Shown here: one piece after another, positions 11,835 through 25,454 of the stretch
How the letters are laid out: each line of letters starts with the position of its first letter
How positions within the stretch are numbered: the stretch's first letter is position 1
NCBI RefSeq assembly: GCF_963921235.1
Contig: NC_086108.1
Span: 29,328,001 to 29,392,000, forward strand
Reading direction: 5' to 3'
DNA from: Mobula hypostoma
Lineage: Eukaryota
DNA length: 64,000 nt
Notes under the pieces: generated by a model
The model's input: the letters and a program-made list of their open reading frames with translations, nothing else
Database searches by the model: none
Told to the model about the DNA's origin: nothing
Made by a program: the position numbers and the translations under genes

Positions 11835-14708
11835 ATCAAAAATGGTACCAAATATGGTACTCAAGGTGTTGTATCTCAATACGAGGAGTATAAGAAATAA
11901 GGTGGATGATCTTGTTGCACTGTTACAGATTGCCAGATATGATGTTGTGGCCATCACTGAATCATGGCTGAAGGATTGTTGTAGCTGGGAGCTGAATGTC
12001 CAAGGTTACACGTTGTATTGGAGGTATAGGAAGGTAAGCAGAGGGGGTGATGTGGCTCTACTGGTAAAGAATGGCATCAAATCAGTAGAAAGATGCAATA
12101 TAGGATCAGAAAATGTTGAATCCTTGTGGATAGAGTTAAGAAACTGCAGGGTAAAAGGACGTTGATGGCTGGGAGATGGACCACAAATTACAACAGGAAA
12201 TAGAAAAGGCATGTCAAAAGGGCAATGTTATGATAGTCATAGGAGATTTTAACATGCAGGTCAATTGAGAAAATAAGGTTGGTAAAGCATCTGAAGGGAG
12301 TGAGTTCGTTGAATGTCTAAGAGATGACTTTTTAGAGCAGTTTGTTGTTGAGCCTACTCGATTGGGTGCCATGTAATGAACCGGAGGTGATTAGGGAGTT
12401 TAAGGTAAAAGAACCATTAGGAACTAGTAATCACAAAATGATTGAATTCAACTTGAAATTTGATAGGGAGAATATAAAGTCTGATGTAGCAGTATTTCAG
12501 TGGAGTAACGGAAAATACAGTGGTATGAGAGAGGAGTAGGCCAAGTAAATTGGAAGGAGCTGCTGGCAGGGATGTCAGCAGAGCTGCAATGGTGCGCATC
12601 TCTGGGAAAAATAAGGAAGGTACAGGACATGCGTATTCCAAAAATGAAGTAATACTCAAATGGCAAAATAGTACAACCGTGGCTGACGAGGGAAGTCAAT
12701 GCTAATGTAAAATCAAAAGAGAGGGCATACAACAAAGCAAAAAATAGTGGGAAGATGGAGGATTGGGAAGTTTTTAAAAACCTACAGAGAGCATCTAAAA
12801 GAATCATTAGAAGGGAAAAGATGAAATATGAAAGCAAGCTAGCAAATAATATCAAAGTGCACAGTGAAACCTTTTTCAAGTGTGTAAAAAATAAAAGAGA
12901 GATGAGAGTAGATATAGAACTGCTAAAAAATGAGGCAGGAGAAATAATAACGGGGGACAAGGAGATGGCAGATGGATCTCATGAGTATTTTGCATCAGTG
13001 TTTGCATTGGAAGACACTAACAGTATGCCTGATGTTGTAGTGTGGAAGGAAGAGAAGTGGGTGCAGTTACTATTACAAGGGAGAAGGTGCTCAAAAAGCT
13101 GAAAGACCTAAAAGTACATAAATCTTCTGGACCAGATGAACTGCACCCTAGGGTTCTGAAAGAGGTAGCATTAGGGATTGTGGCAGCATTAGAAATTATC
13201 TTTCAAAAATCATTGGACTCTGGCATGGTGCCAGAGGACTGGAAAATTGCAAATGTCACTCCACTCTCTAAGAAAGGAGGAAGACAGCAGAAAGAAAATT
13301 ATAGCCTGGTTAGCCTGACTTCAGTGGTTGGGAAGACCTCAGAGTCAATTGTTAAGGATGAGGTGGTGGAGTACTTGGTGATACAGGTCAAGATAGGATA
13401 AAGTCAGCATGGTTTCCTTAAGGGAAAATCCTGCCTGATGAACCAGTTGGAATTTGTTGAGGAGATTACAAGTAGGATAGATAAAGGGGATGCAGTGGAT
13501 ATTGTATAATTGGACTTTCAGAAGGCCTTTGACAAGGTGCCACACATGAGGTTGCTTACCAAGTTAAGAGCCTGTGGTATTACAGGAAAGTTACTAACTT
13601 GGTTCGAGCATTGGCTGATTGAAAGAAAGCAGCGGAGGGTGGGGGGGAAACAAAAGGATTCTTGTCTAGTTGGCTGCCAGTGACTAGTGGTGATCCGCAG
13701 GAGTCGGTGTTGGGACCGCCTCTTTTTATGCTGTATATAAATGATTTAGATGATGAAATAGATGGCTTTGTTGCCAAATTTGCAGATGATACAAAGAGTG
13801 ATGGAGGGGCAGGTAGTGTTGAGGAAACAGGTAGGATGCAGGAGGAATTAGACAGATTAGGAGAATGGGCAAGAAAGAGGCAAATAAAATATAATGTTGG
13901 AAAATGCATGGTAATGTACTTTGGTAGTAGAAATAAATGTGCGGACTATTTTCTAAATGGGGAGAAAATCCAGGAATCTGAGATGCAGAGGGACTTGGGA
14001 GTCCTTGTGCAGAACAGCCTAAAGGTTAACTTGTAGGTTGAGTCGGTGGAGAGGAAGGCAAATGCAATGTTAGCATTCATTTCAAGAGGTCTAGAATATA
14101 AGAGCAGGGATGCGATGCTGAGGCTTTATAAGGCACTAGCGAGGCCTCGCCTTGAGTATTGTGTACAGTTTGGACTCCTCATCTTAGAAGAGATATGATG
14201 GCTTTGGAGAGGGTCCAGAGGAGGTTCACAAAGATGATTCCAGGAATGAAAGGTTTATCAATACGAGGAACATTTGACGGCTCTGGGTCTGTACTTGCTG
14301 GAATGTAGAAGTATGTGGATCTCATTGAAACCTTTTGAATGTTGAAAGGCCTAGACAGAGTAGATGTGGAAAGGATGTTTCCCATGGTGGGGGAGTCTAG
14401 GACAAGAGGACGCAGCCTCAGGATAGAGGGGTGTCCATTCAAAACAGAGATGCAGAGAAATTTCTTTAGCCAGAGTGTGGTGAATTTGTGGAATTTGTTG
14501 TCACTTGCAGCTGTGGTGGCCAGGTTGTTGGGTGCATTTAAGGCAGAGATTGATAGGTTCTTGATTGGACATGGCATTAAAGGTTATGGAGAGAAGGCCG
14601 GGAAATGGGGTTGAGGAGGAGAAAAAAAAAAGGATCAGCCATGATTACGTGGTGGAGCAGACTCGATAGGCAAAATGGGCTAATTCTGCTCCTATGTCAT
14701 GGTCTTAT
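11835..14708 (+). mobile_element. CR1 LINE of a different subfamily, nearly whole ORF2, many stops and frameshifts
   Basis: LKVLYLNTRSIRNK, ITESWL, GDFN, KSSGPDELHPRVLKE, KFADDTK, VVNLWNLL; short TSD aaccaaa at 11828-11834 and 14709-14715. Confidence 0.93.
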
Positions 14709-15421
14709 AACCAAATAGCCTCCTTCTCTATTGTAATCAAAGATAGAAATAATAGTAAGAAAGGGAGAGAAGATGAAGCCTGGCTACCTATTCTGGTCAG
14801 AATTCGTACCTGAAACTAGATGAGTTTGTTTTAGCTGCTAGTCTGGATAAATAAGCTTTGGAGGTCTGCCACACAGACCCTTGGATTGCTTTCCTGACTA
14901 TGACTGGAAGAGAACCCTATGCAGACACAACACTATCATCACAGGCAGCAGCTGTCAGAGGCTGCCAGTGGTTTCAGAAGAAGTTACAGTACCTCAAAGA
15001 GAGGGAGCAGGAGATGTGAAACAGTGTTTGCTAATCAATGCCATCCTTCCCTTCTTCCTTCCCACAGCTCAGACTCACAAATGCTTTCACATTGGTCCCA
15101 TAGTGGAAACAAAGAGAGGAGGCCAGAAAATAAAGCTAGAATGGGCACAAAGTGATGAGGTTGGCATCAGCAGCCAGCACCGCTTTGCCCCAGCTGACTC
15201 ACAATGTGGCTTCTCTGCTGTGTCGGTACAATGGTGCACAGTCCGAAGCATGACCAAGGTTTCAAGCACCTAGCACCTGTCATCCATTCCAGTAGCAAGT
15301 TGTGCCCCAGAAGTTACTGAAGTTCTGTGAACTTCTCTGTACCTGGCCTGAGCCCTCATTTCTTCCTGCAAAGCTTGAGTCATCCTTCTTATATTTTATA
15401 TTATTATATATTATTATTATT

Positions 15422-17790
15422 ATATTTTATAACTCCAAACAACTAATCAAAAAAGAAACACAGGAAGCAGGAAAAGGTGTGGACTTGATTTGACTTTAGT
15501 GGCACACTCACATACTGATGTGGTGGTGTACTGATGCATGCCAGTCAGGGACTTCGTACATATAATCTGTAAAGAATTATGTAAACAAACAAAGAATGCT
15601 TAATCAAACAATATATTTACAATATTACTGAAATATTAAATACATTACATTCCTCCCTGTTTAGCTATAAACTCCAACTCAATACAGAATGAATCGCAAC
15701 TATATAAGCAGTATACTACTATACAGACATCCACAGCATAGTAAATTTTAAATTATCCCATTCAGGTGTAAAGATTTAATCACTGTGGAGGATTTCTTAC
15801 TCTTGTGGGATAGTGTCTTGACTGACCGGGGTGGAGATGGGGTGGGGGGTGGGGGTTCACTCTGCTTGGCAGGTGAGACGTGTGTCTGAAACCATCTCAG
15901 GTTCTGGGGCCACCTCCAAGGTGTCTCCAAGGTAGTCATTGACTTCGGGACGGCAGGAAGTGGTTCTGACAGCTATGGACACCTTTCTTCTCTAACAATT
16001 GACACTACTCTCCTCAACTGATAGATGTGTCATCCCCGGATTATATCAAACACAATCTCCACTGTATCAGAGAGTGGTCCAATTCTGTCCTTAATCTTTC
16101 CAAGCACCCACTCTTGATCACCTGTGTAGTCCCTTGCCAGGACTGCTTATCCAGAAGTGAAACATTGAACTTGTTTAAGGAGCCTTCAATTTTGCTCAGC
16201 TGTTTGTCTTGCATACTCTTTCTAAGGTTAGGTTTGAGGATCCAAGTGTGAATACAAAGGACAACCCAGGAACAGCATGGCTGGTGAGTTGTTGGTTGTG
16301 GAGTGTGTTGCATTGCGATATGCAAGGAGAAATTGGCAAGCTTCTGAGTCACTGTTAGAGTAGTGTGTTCTGCTGACATTGATCATGTTATGTTCTTTAG
16401 ACTCTGGGCAAACCTTCTGCCAAGCCTTTTGTAGCTGGATAGTACAGTGTAGATATATCATGTTCCATTCAAGAATGACTGAACTGTTCCACAACAAACT
16501 GTGGTCAATTGACACTGACTAAGTGTACTGGAATACCTGACCTTGAGAGGATGCTTCACAACACATTAACAGTGTGAGAGGCTGTAGTAGAGGCTATTGG
16601 AAACACATCTGGCCATTTTGTAGCTGCAGCTACTCCTACCAAGAAATGTGTGCCTATAAAAGGTTCAGCAAAATCCACATGAATCCTCTGCCAGGGCAAT
16701 GCAGATCACTCCCAGGGATGGTGAGGCACTGCTCTTGGCATCTTCTGGATGTGTTGGTATCCCGAACAGTGCTTGGCAAGCTGCTCGATCTGCTCATCTA
16801 TCCCAGGCTTCGAGCCAATGCTTTCACTTGATCACACCTAGATGATCAGCATGTAGCTCCTCTGACACTTTACCTCCCAGCTTGGATGGTACAATAACGC
16901 TCAATCCCCATGTAAGTCAACCGCCGTCAAGGGCACTTCCGTCCCGGCGCTGGTAAAAATGGGGGATCTGGAATCTCTGTTGCACACTTCAGCCATTTTG
17001 GGTGGACATGTAGACCTGAGAGACTGTGGAGTCTTTTCTAGTTTCCCTTTGGATCCTCTCTGCCATAATAGGGAAAATCTCAAGTTGAATTTGAGCTAAT
17101 ATGTCAAGAGGAGTGTACTCTCTTGTAGATTTTTCAGGTATTTCCTTTTCCAAGGATAAACAGGACCATCCATTAGCTTTTCCATGATTAGTTGCCCTTC
17201 TGAATTTCATCTTGTAACTGCGTCCTCCAAGAAGCAGAGCACATCTCTGCATTTGTGCTGCTGCTGTTAGTGGAACACCCTTTCCCTGGACTGAAAATGG
17301 ACACCAGTGGTTGATAATCAGCAATGAGGGTAAACTCTCTCCCATACAAGTACGGATTGAAATGTTTTACACCCCAAACCAGACTCAGAGCCTCTCTGTC
17401 AATCTGTGAGCAATTTTTCTCAGCCTAAGGCAAGGCGTCACAGGCAAGCTTCACAGGGTGATACGGATCATAATGTCTGAGAAAAAGTGTCTGATGTCAC
17501 CATTTCCTTTACGTTTTGGAAAGTCACCTCGCACTGCATTTCCCGTTGCCATTTCTTCTTGATCTGTAGTAATGAGTTCAAGAAGTGGAGCACAGTAGCC
17601 AGGTTTGGTGGGAACCTGTTATTGTAATTGACAAATCCTAAAAAGGACCACAACTGTGGCATGTTCTTTGGCTTCAGAGCATCCACCACTGCTTGAATCT
17701 TCTCAGTACACTTGTGTAATCCTTGTATGTCTATGTTGTGATCAAAGTAAGTGATTCTTAGATCCTTGTTACTGTGGCCAATTCACTGAC
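15422..17790 (-). mobile_element. Gypsy/Ty3 LTR retrotransposon relic (RT 3' end, RNase H, integrase, PPT, 3' LTR)
   Basis: SFLGFVNYNNRF, LTAAAQMQRCALLL, PWQRIHVDFAEPF, LLAYRNATHSTTNNSPAMLFLG; purine tract agggaggaa (15650-15658) directly before an LTR starting TG at 15649. Confidence 0.85.
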
Positions 17791-17794
17791 AACT

Positions 17795-17965
17795 CACACA
17801 TTTTTGGGATGTTGGATGGAACTGGAGCACCCAGAGGAAACCCAAGCAGTTACAGGGAAAACATGCAAGCTTCACACAGACGGTATCCGCGGCCAGGACC
17901 GAACTCTAGCAGGTCTCTAGCACTGAGAGGCCGTGGATCGACTTGCACTGCTACTGTTCTGAGGT
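17795..17965 (-). mobile_element. V-SINE fragment
   Basis: aactggagcacccagaggaaacccaagcagttacagggaaaacatgcaagcttcacacaga is the reverse complement of the V-core. Confidence 0.7.
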
Positions 17966-18099
17966 GCAACTCAAGTTTATTGGTTGAGGGCACAATTGCC
18001 CACTAAGACTATGTTCTGCTCTCCTACTTTTCTCTTGGCTATGCAGCTGGACGTTGCCCAGTTTGGGCTGAGTTTGCAGGGTCCAGCAAAGATTCAGGA

Positions 18100-19505
18100 A
18101 GTGATAGGAGGACAGTGTTAACCCAATGCTGGAATTTGATGATGACCTCTCTTGGGAACCAGGCTGAACGGCAAATCTGACCCAAAAGTGCAGCAGCCAT
18201 TCTGCAACTACTGTTTACTATAATCTGGGAATGGGGTCAAGTGTCCAAGAACAAGACAAAGGGAGTCTTTGTTAGGATCCCAAAGAAAGAAGTGCAAGGT
18301 TATTGTGACAACTGGCGTGGCACTACACTTTTGTCAGTGGCCAACAAGTTCCTTGCCAAAATCATCCTCAATGGATTACAGATGCTGTTGATGGGTGCTT
18401 GAGGAAGGAGCAAGCTGACAAATGTATGTAAATTTTGTTGGCTTATCAAAAGGGGTTCGAAAGCATACACGGGGCCAGCCTCTGGCAAATTCTCAGATCA
18501 TACGAGATCCCTTTCAAAATTGTCCAGCTTATCCTGAGTTTCTATACTAATTTCAGCTACACAGCTGGGAGCAGAAAATTGAGCTTTATAAGTCAAGACA
18601 AGAGTCAGTCAAGGCGGTGTAATGTTGGCGATATTGCATAACCTGGTGATTGACTGGGTTATGAGACAAACAACTAAAGATAAGCAGTGGGGCATTAGGT
18701 AGACTCTATTTTCTACTTTGGAAGACCTTGATTTTGCAGATGGCCTCGCGTTACTATCACATACACACCAGCACTTGCAAGAGAAAACTCAGCGCTTGTG
18801 TTGAACTGACTGAATTCAGAGTCAGCCAGAGAAAGACTGAGCTCATGACTCTCAATGTAGAGTCTCCTCCTCCCGTCAAGGCATATGGCATTGACTTACC
18901 CAGGACTGGCAGATTCACCCACCTGGGCAGCATCACTCAGCAGGATGGTGGGAACAAGCATGACGTCCAGTACAGAGTCAGCAAAGCTAGAAACATCCTC
19001 AGATCAATGAGCAACATATGGGGTCATACAGGTACAGAGTCCACACCGAGGTGAAGCTGTCCCAGAGCTGTATCTGTCCACACTCTGGTACGGGTCAGAA
19101 TGCTGGCACGTGACAGAGAACAAACTTGCCAAGCTGTCGTCATTCCACATCATAGTAGATCCTCCGTACTTTCCGGTCAAGAAAGATCTCCAACCATGCC
19201 TTACTTTTTCAGTGCCACCAAGAGGATGTGGCCACAATCATCATGAGAAAACGTTGGAGATAGATTGGGGACATGATGAGAAGACAGGCCAAATCCATCA
19301 TCAAGGCAGAACATTATTGGACCTCTGAAGGGCGGAGGAAACGGGGGAGATTAAAGTCAACTTTGCACCATACCACAGAGGCAGAAATGAGGACCCTGAA
19401 ACACACCTGGAGTACAATAGAGAAGATGGCCAAGGACAGACACAGACAGAAAACTTCATTGCTGCTCTAAACACCAGCGGTGTAATAGACAGTAACCAGT
19501 AAGTA
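18100..19505 (+). mobile_element. RTE-clade LINE, degenerate RT and C-terminus
   Basis: CDNWRGTTLLSVANKFLAKII, LDFADGLALLSH, FTHLGSIT, WTSEGRRKRGRLK...WSTIEKMAKDR; short agtaa-type tail. Confidence 0.8.
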
Positions 19506-20379
19506 CTGTACTACAGAGTAACACGCAGTCGCCAAAGGAATCTCTACCAAAATAATGAATTCTTCACCCAAGGTAATTACTGGAACTTAATTAACAGTAA
19601 CAGTTTTCAGTAATGAACTATCTCTTCAGCTGGAACGTAATTTAAAAATATGAAGCAAATATTTTGGGGACAACAAATAAATTGCCTTTACATTAACTGA
19701 AGGTAGAGTATTGGCCACAGTGACGTGCTTCTTTCAGTGTTCCTTAGACACTGATGTGAACCAATTGGTATCTCTGTAGCTGTGCCCTTTGTCCTCAGTC
19801 AGATACTCGAAGATTGCAAAGATGATGTAGTCCTGACTGATGCTTCCCAGAGCAGTAACGAGAGAGTGTAACAGAGCCACAGGTACTATCTTTCAGGTGA
19901 ACTGTTAAACTGAAGACCCCCATGATCTTGGGTAGGCATTAAAGCATTGCTCAAGGAACAGCAGAAAGGACCTCTCCAATGCCTAGATTAGCCAGCATTG
20001 ATAGGGCAGATTATCTGGTCATTTACCACATAGCTATTGGAAAGATGATGCTGTATTTCCTACATTATAACAGTAGCTACATTTCAAACATACTTTGCTG
20101 GCTGTACAGGAACTTGGAATTTTCAGAGCTGCACCATTTCATTTTGCTCCATGAAGAAATGAGAACCAAACATTCTGAGATACTTGAAACCTGAAATAGA
20201 AACAGAAAATGCCAGAAATGCTCAGCAGGTTAGGCAGCATCTGGGAGGGGGAGAGATTCAGAATTTACAGTTTGAGTCCAGGTCCCTTTGTCAGAACTTA
20301 TGAAGATCAGACGAAGGCTGCCAGACCGGAAACTTCAACTGTATCTTTTTTAATAGATGCTGCTGAATTTCTCACAAAA

Positions 20380-20850
20380 GTTCAAAGGTCAAAGTAAATT
20401 TATAATCATATAAAGTACATATATGTCACCATATACAACACTGGGATTTACTTTCTTGTGGGAGTACTCAATAAATCTATAGAAAAATAACCATAACAGA
20501 CTCAGTGCTTTCAATGAGCATGCAGAAGACAACAAACTGTGCAAATACAAAAATAATAAATAATAATAATAAATAAATAGTGATAAATATCAATAACCTG
20601 AGAGGAAGAGTCCTTGAAAGTGAGCCCATTAGTTGTGAGAACATTTCAATGATGGGGCAAGTGAAGATGAGAGAAGTCATTCCCTTTGGTTGAAAAGCCT
20701 GATGGTTGAGGGGTATTAACTGTTCCTGAACTTGGTGGTGTGAGTCCTGAAGCTCTTGTGCCTCAGCAGCTAGGAGAGAGCATGTCCTGGGTGGTGGGAA
20801 TCCCTGACGACGCATGCTGCTTTCCTGTGATTGCGTTTCATGTAGAGTGT
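20380..20850 (-). mobile_element. LINE 3' end/3' UTR (Rex1/Babar-type)
   Basis: Reverse complement resembles the 3' UTR at 1130-1270; gttcaaaggtcaaagtaaatt tail. Confidence 0.6.
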
Positions 20851-21014
20851 CACTCAGTTTTATTCGTTAACTGTGCCTCAGATTGTCACTGGATTCTAAG
20901 AAGATCGTCAAATCTGTTTTTTTGAAAAGATTAGAACACACGTTACAAATATCACTTTTGTAATTTGATAAGCATTGCCCTCTGCAAGCATTTTTAACCC
21001 ACAAGGTGGCATTA

Positions 21015-21550
21015 TGGGCAGCACAGGGATGCAGCTAGCAGAGCTTCACAATGCTGGAGACCTGGGCTCAGTCCTGAACTTGGATGTTGTTTGTGTGGAA
21101 TCTGCATGTTCTGCCTGTATCTGTCCGGGTGTTCCAGATTCCCCGTGTTGATAGCGTTGCCTCTACTGTGTAAGTAAATGGGTGAATCTGGGAGAGTTCA
21201 TGGAACTTCAGTAGAACAAAAGAATTGGGTTCATATAGGTTTAATGTAAATGAGTGCTTGGTGGACCAAATGACAGGTTCTGTGCTGATTCTCGTTGTAA
21301 CTCTATATTTATTAATTTATTTATTTTTGTTTGTTTGTTTGTTTATTGAGGCACAGCACAGAATAGACCTTCTGGACCTTCAAGCCACATCACCCAGCAA
21401 TCCCCCTAGTTAACCCAAGCCTAATCGTGGGATGATTTACAATGAACAATGACCTGCCAATCGATATGTCTTTGGACTGTGGGAGGAAACTGGGGCAACC
21501 GGAGGAAACCTATGTGGTCACAGGGAGAACGTACAAACTCCTTACAGGCA
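21015..21550. mobile_element. Two degenerate V-SINE-like fragments in opposite orientations
   Basis: tgtgtggaatctgcatgttct (plus) and tttggactgtgggaggaaactggggcaaccggaggaaacc (minus core). Confidence 0.6.
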
Positions 21551-22325
21551 ATGAGAATACGCACAATAAATGATGAGAAACTCTGGTCAAGGCAAGTGAT
21601 GGGTCTGAATCATTAAATCAATGGTACAACATAGAAATATAAGTAACAGGAGAAAGAACAGGCCACTCAGTTCAAACATCCAGTAAGGTCTTATACCTCA
21701 TTTTCACTTTCCCACACTAATCCCATGCCCCTTGCATTCTTGAGCATTTCTTAACAGCTTGCCTTGAATAGGTTGAGGAGTGAAGTTAGTCTGTAAAATG
21801 GGGAGAGCAGTCATGATTCATGGGACCACAGGCATCTATGATTGACCTCAATCATATTACACCTATAAAGCCCTGGTTTAAGTCTGATTAAAATGTTTTG
21901 CAAATGCTGAAAACTGTTCTAAAGTGCTGTGTACCAGCACACAAGAACAGTGTGAATTTCATGTATTTCCAGACTCTGTTGCGGAGGGGGACTCAGCTCA
22001 AATGGGAAAGGTTGTTGAAAGCTTGACTGCTCTTCTGAGTAGTTAATTAGGTGGTGTCACATCTACCAGCCCTCTCAGTTGAAGAGAGAAGTAAAATACC
22101 TTTAGAAGTATTCCTAAATTGTGTTAACTGGAAATAGTTTATTGCTCTAAAACATGCAGAAAAAGAGGTACGGATTTGTGCAACTCTGAGGTTTCCCATT
22201 TAAAGAAAAAAGGGCCCCTGAACTCTGGCTTGTTTGCACTGTGGCCCATCATCTCTGTCCAAGGGAGGTTTGCTAACTGTGGGCTTAAAATACTTCTGGC
22301 AAAGGACAGGGGAGAGTCTATAGAG

Positions 22326-22405
22326 CAGGGATTTCCAACCTAGGGTCCACAGACTCCATGTTTAATGGTAGGGGTCCATGGCATAAAAATGGTTGGGAAC
22401 CCCTG
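22326..22405. mobile_element. hAT (Charlie-like) MITE, 80 bp
   Basis: TIRs cagggatttccaacc / ggttgggaacccctg; 8-bp TSD ctatagag / ctgtagag (1 mismatch). Confidence 0.8.
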
Positions 22406-22669
22406 CTGTAGAGGGTTACAGGAATAATAATTGCAATGTATACTTCTACTCCTTCTAAAAAATGATGGTGTTCATGGGATTCAGTATGCCAGCATTTCAT
22501 AGGAAACTTGGGGGAAAAGTTAAGTGAAGTGCAATTGGACAGAGACATTTGAAGTTGGAGATGAAGGTGAATCCAAGGGATTTAGAGGCATTCCCAGTGT
22601 GCCAACACTGAGGCTGAAAGCTGTGGTACCAATATTGTTGAGGGAAGGAAACATGGTGCTGGTTTGACT

Positions 22670-22885
22670 TGACTGGGGCAACAAATAATCTGCTGGAGGA
22701 AGTCTGCAGGTTGAGCAGCATTGGAAGGAGGAAAGGAATTGTTGACATTACGGGTTAAAACCCTACACCAGGGTTTCAAAACCCACAAAACTTTCAACTA
22801 GAAATACCAATTATTCCTTTCTCCTGCTGAGTTCATTGTGCAGATTTTCGTTGCTTTCCAACATCTGCCGTCTCTTGAGTCTGAA
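22670..22885. mobile_element. Old PLE-derived inverted-terminus element
   Basis: ctgctggaggaagtctgcaggttgagcagcat ... ctgctgagttc...ttccaacatctgc, degenerate versions of the PLE termini. Confidence 0.5.
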
Positions 22886-23899
22886 TTGATTTTTTTTCAT
22901 TATGGTACTAACTTCTATGCTGCTTCCCTGTTATGACGACCAGCCTATTTAAACCTACACCATTTTGTTTCATAGTCATCCTCAAGGCCAAACAGGCGAA
23001 GTTGAGGACAAGTGGAGAACAGGCTGATCACTCTGCACTCCACACAGCTCCTCCCCTGGCCAGTTTTTGCAATTTGTCTCTCTGTTGTGCCAATCTGGTG
23101 AGGGCCTCTTTTCCTGCTGCCCTAATCCATACACAGGATGCTTCGAGAGGTTTCAAAAACCCCTCTGCAGTTCCCCCTCACATTGGAGGTCTGGTAACCA
23201 AGTGTCTACAAGAAGCACTGAGTTGTCTTATGGAACTGGATCACAGGAGCAATGACTATTGCTCCTTTACTTACATCAATAGGCTAAACTAGGATGTGAG
23301 AGTCTACTCCAGACCAATTTAAGTATTAAAAAAAAGTCTCAAAATTAATTTCAGATTAATCGTCCTGCAAACTCAATACATTTCATTGCTAAATTTACTC
23401 AGTAATATGAGACAGCGTATTTCATGATGTGATGGGTTTTTTTTGTGCAGCCTTGGTTTAGAAACTGGAACTGAATTGGAGGTATTCCCTTGGGAATGAC
23501 GGATGGCAACGTTCTCCCCATCAAGTGATGAAATATTGTAAATTGTGTAGCAACAGCGTCCTCTGGCGTTCAATATGAATACAACATCTATCATTCTGAA
23601 AGGAGAAGTTAGCTTGAGTACTCTGCAGTAAAATTTCCTCCAGCCTTTTCACTTTTTGTTTCTTTTCCAATCTTTTTATTGGTTCCATAATGATAAAATC
23701 CCATAGTATTGATGTAAAGTTATTGGGATTACATTGCTATGATTAACATAGTTAAATATAAATCCAGCTGACACATGGGTATTTAACCTCCCATAGCCTT
23801 TTCACTTCAATGAATTGCCCCTGTTATTTCCACTATAACAGGCATTCAAATTCTCTTTCTCATAACTCAAAGATCTGGTACCTCTGCATATTTTTCTGA

Positions 23900-24215
23900 G
23901 AACAGAGGGGAGCATTCAGCCCTTCAAGTCTACTCTTACCAGCTCACAGAGCAATCCAAATCCTGTACCTATTCCCCTGTAACCCACTCTCTCGCACAAG
24001 CCCATTGTTCCACCCTGATTCTCCTGCCCACACCACGAGAGCGATTTGTTCTACCCAGCCTGCATGCCTTTCAATTGTAGGAGGAAACCAGAGCACAATG
24101 GGAGAACCCATATGGTCATAGGGAGGACATGCAGACTCAATGCACAGAAAGCATCCAAGGTCAAAAATTAAGTCTGGGTCCCTGTAGGTGTTAATTCTAC
24201 TTGGCAAAGGCACAG
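23900..24215 (-). mobile_element. V-SINE, degenerate
   Basis: tgtaggaggaaaccagagcacaatgggagaacccatatggtcatagggaggacatgcagactc. Confidence 0.65.
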
Positions 24216-24269
24216 GGTAAAAGGAGCAACGACATAAGAGCAGAAGTGACTGTCACCATGAACACAGGG

Positions 24270-24920
24270 ATCTGTGATTAAGCTCAGTCATTTGAGAGCC
24301 TGGTTGAAAACAGTTTGATGGCCATCCAGATTGTTATAAAACATGGAAGTCATCTTTTATTGATACAATCAAAGTTCTGGATCTTACTGCTGGTAAGGAA
24401 TTGGACTCAGTAAGGCATCCTGAGACTATGTTAGACACTTCAGAGAAATCCATATTGGCAACCCAGCTGCAGGTTTAAGAGTGACCTGGGACAGTTTCAA
24501 TGACTGTTACAGTGCGCCGGAGTCAATAGAAAGTGAACTTTCCCAGAAGCTGGACGGGTTTCCAAAGATTTCAAAAAGGATAATTAAAGTGATGAGAACT
24601 TTGTGGTCTATTAATGGAGATAAAGAAGATAGTTATCTGCCTGGTTTAGTTTATCTGGACACTGCCTGGGGCATTTGTCCTATTGTTGAAAAACTGTCAC
24701 ATTCTTTGCGAGAGAAGTGGATTTCTCAAGCTTCATATTATAAAGAGGAGAATGGAGATACTTTCTTTCTTCACTGATTTTGTCTGACATTAAGGTAAAA
24801 AACAAGAACTGACTCCAGCTTTGACCTTCCCAGCCACAGCTCATCATGGAGCCTCCTCTAAAGCACACAAACATGATGACTCCAGTGTCAGTACTTAAGA
24901 CTAATGTCTCTCAAACAACA
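24270..24920 (+). mobile_element. BEL/Pao LTR retrotransposon gag fragment
   Basis: FDGHPDCYKTWKSSFIDTIKVLDL; WDSFNDCYSAPESIE...FPKIS...YLPGLVYLDTAWGICPIVEKLSHSLREKW; PVSVLKTNVS, resembling fish BEL/Pao gag. Confidence 0.7.
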
Positions 24921-25454
24921 GCTCAAAGATTCAAAGTTTCAAAGTACATCCCTTTTCAAAAGACATATAAATTATACAACCTGGAGATTTGTTTGCTCAT
25001 AGGTAGCCACAAAGCAAGAAACCCAAAAGAACCCTATTAAAGAAAACAAAATAAAAATAAAAGACCAACACTTGATACGCAAGAGGAAGCGGGAAAAAAA
25101 CATAAATCATGGAAATAATTGAAGCGAACAACTATATTCCAAACCAAAACTAAGTCCTCAGATCCGAACCCCGCAGCAGCCCACAGTAACCCTAAAGCCT
25201 CGCTTTTCAGTTCATTGTATTAGTGAGCACGGAGTACAGCAGTCAGCATAGTCTTCATAGTCTCAGAGCCATGGAGAGAGGAGCTACCATTGTGGAGAAG
25301 AGCGAAATCGACGCCCTTTCTTTTCAGTCTATCTGGGCCAGCATTTAAACCGACCAAACAAGAGACCAGCAAAAGGCTCCAGTGCCCTGGAGAGAGGAGT
25401 GAACATATTGGAGAGTGAGCAAAATCTGGTCTGGCCTCTGATCTGGGCCAATGT

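Noticed and set aside
20998..21014. CTCF-like motif ccacaaggtggca, and cgccagaggacgctg on minus near 23555-23569
   Set aside because: Short imperfect matches expected by chance in 64 kb; cannot be supported without ChIP or conservation data
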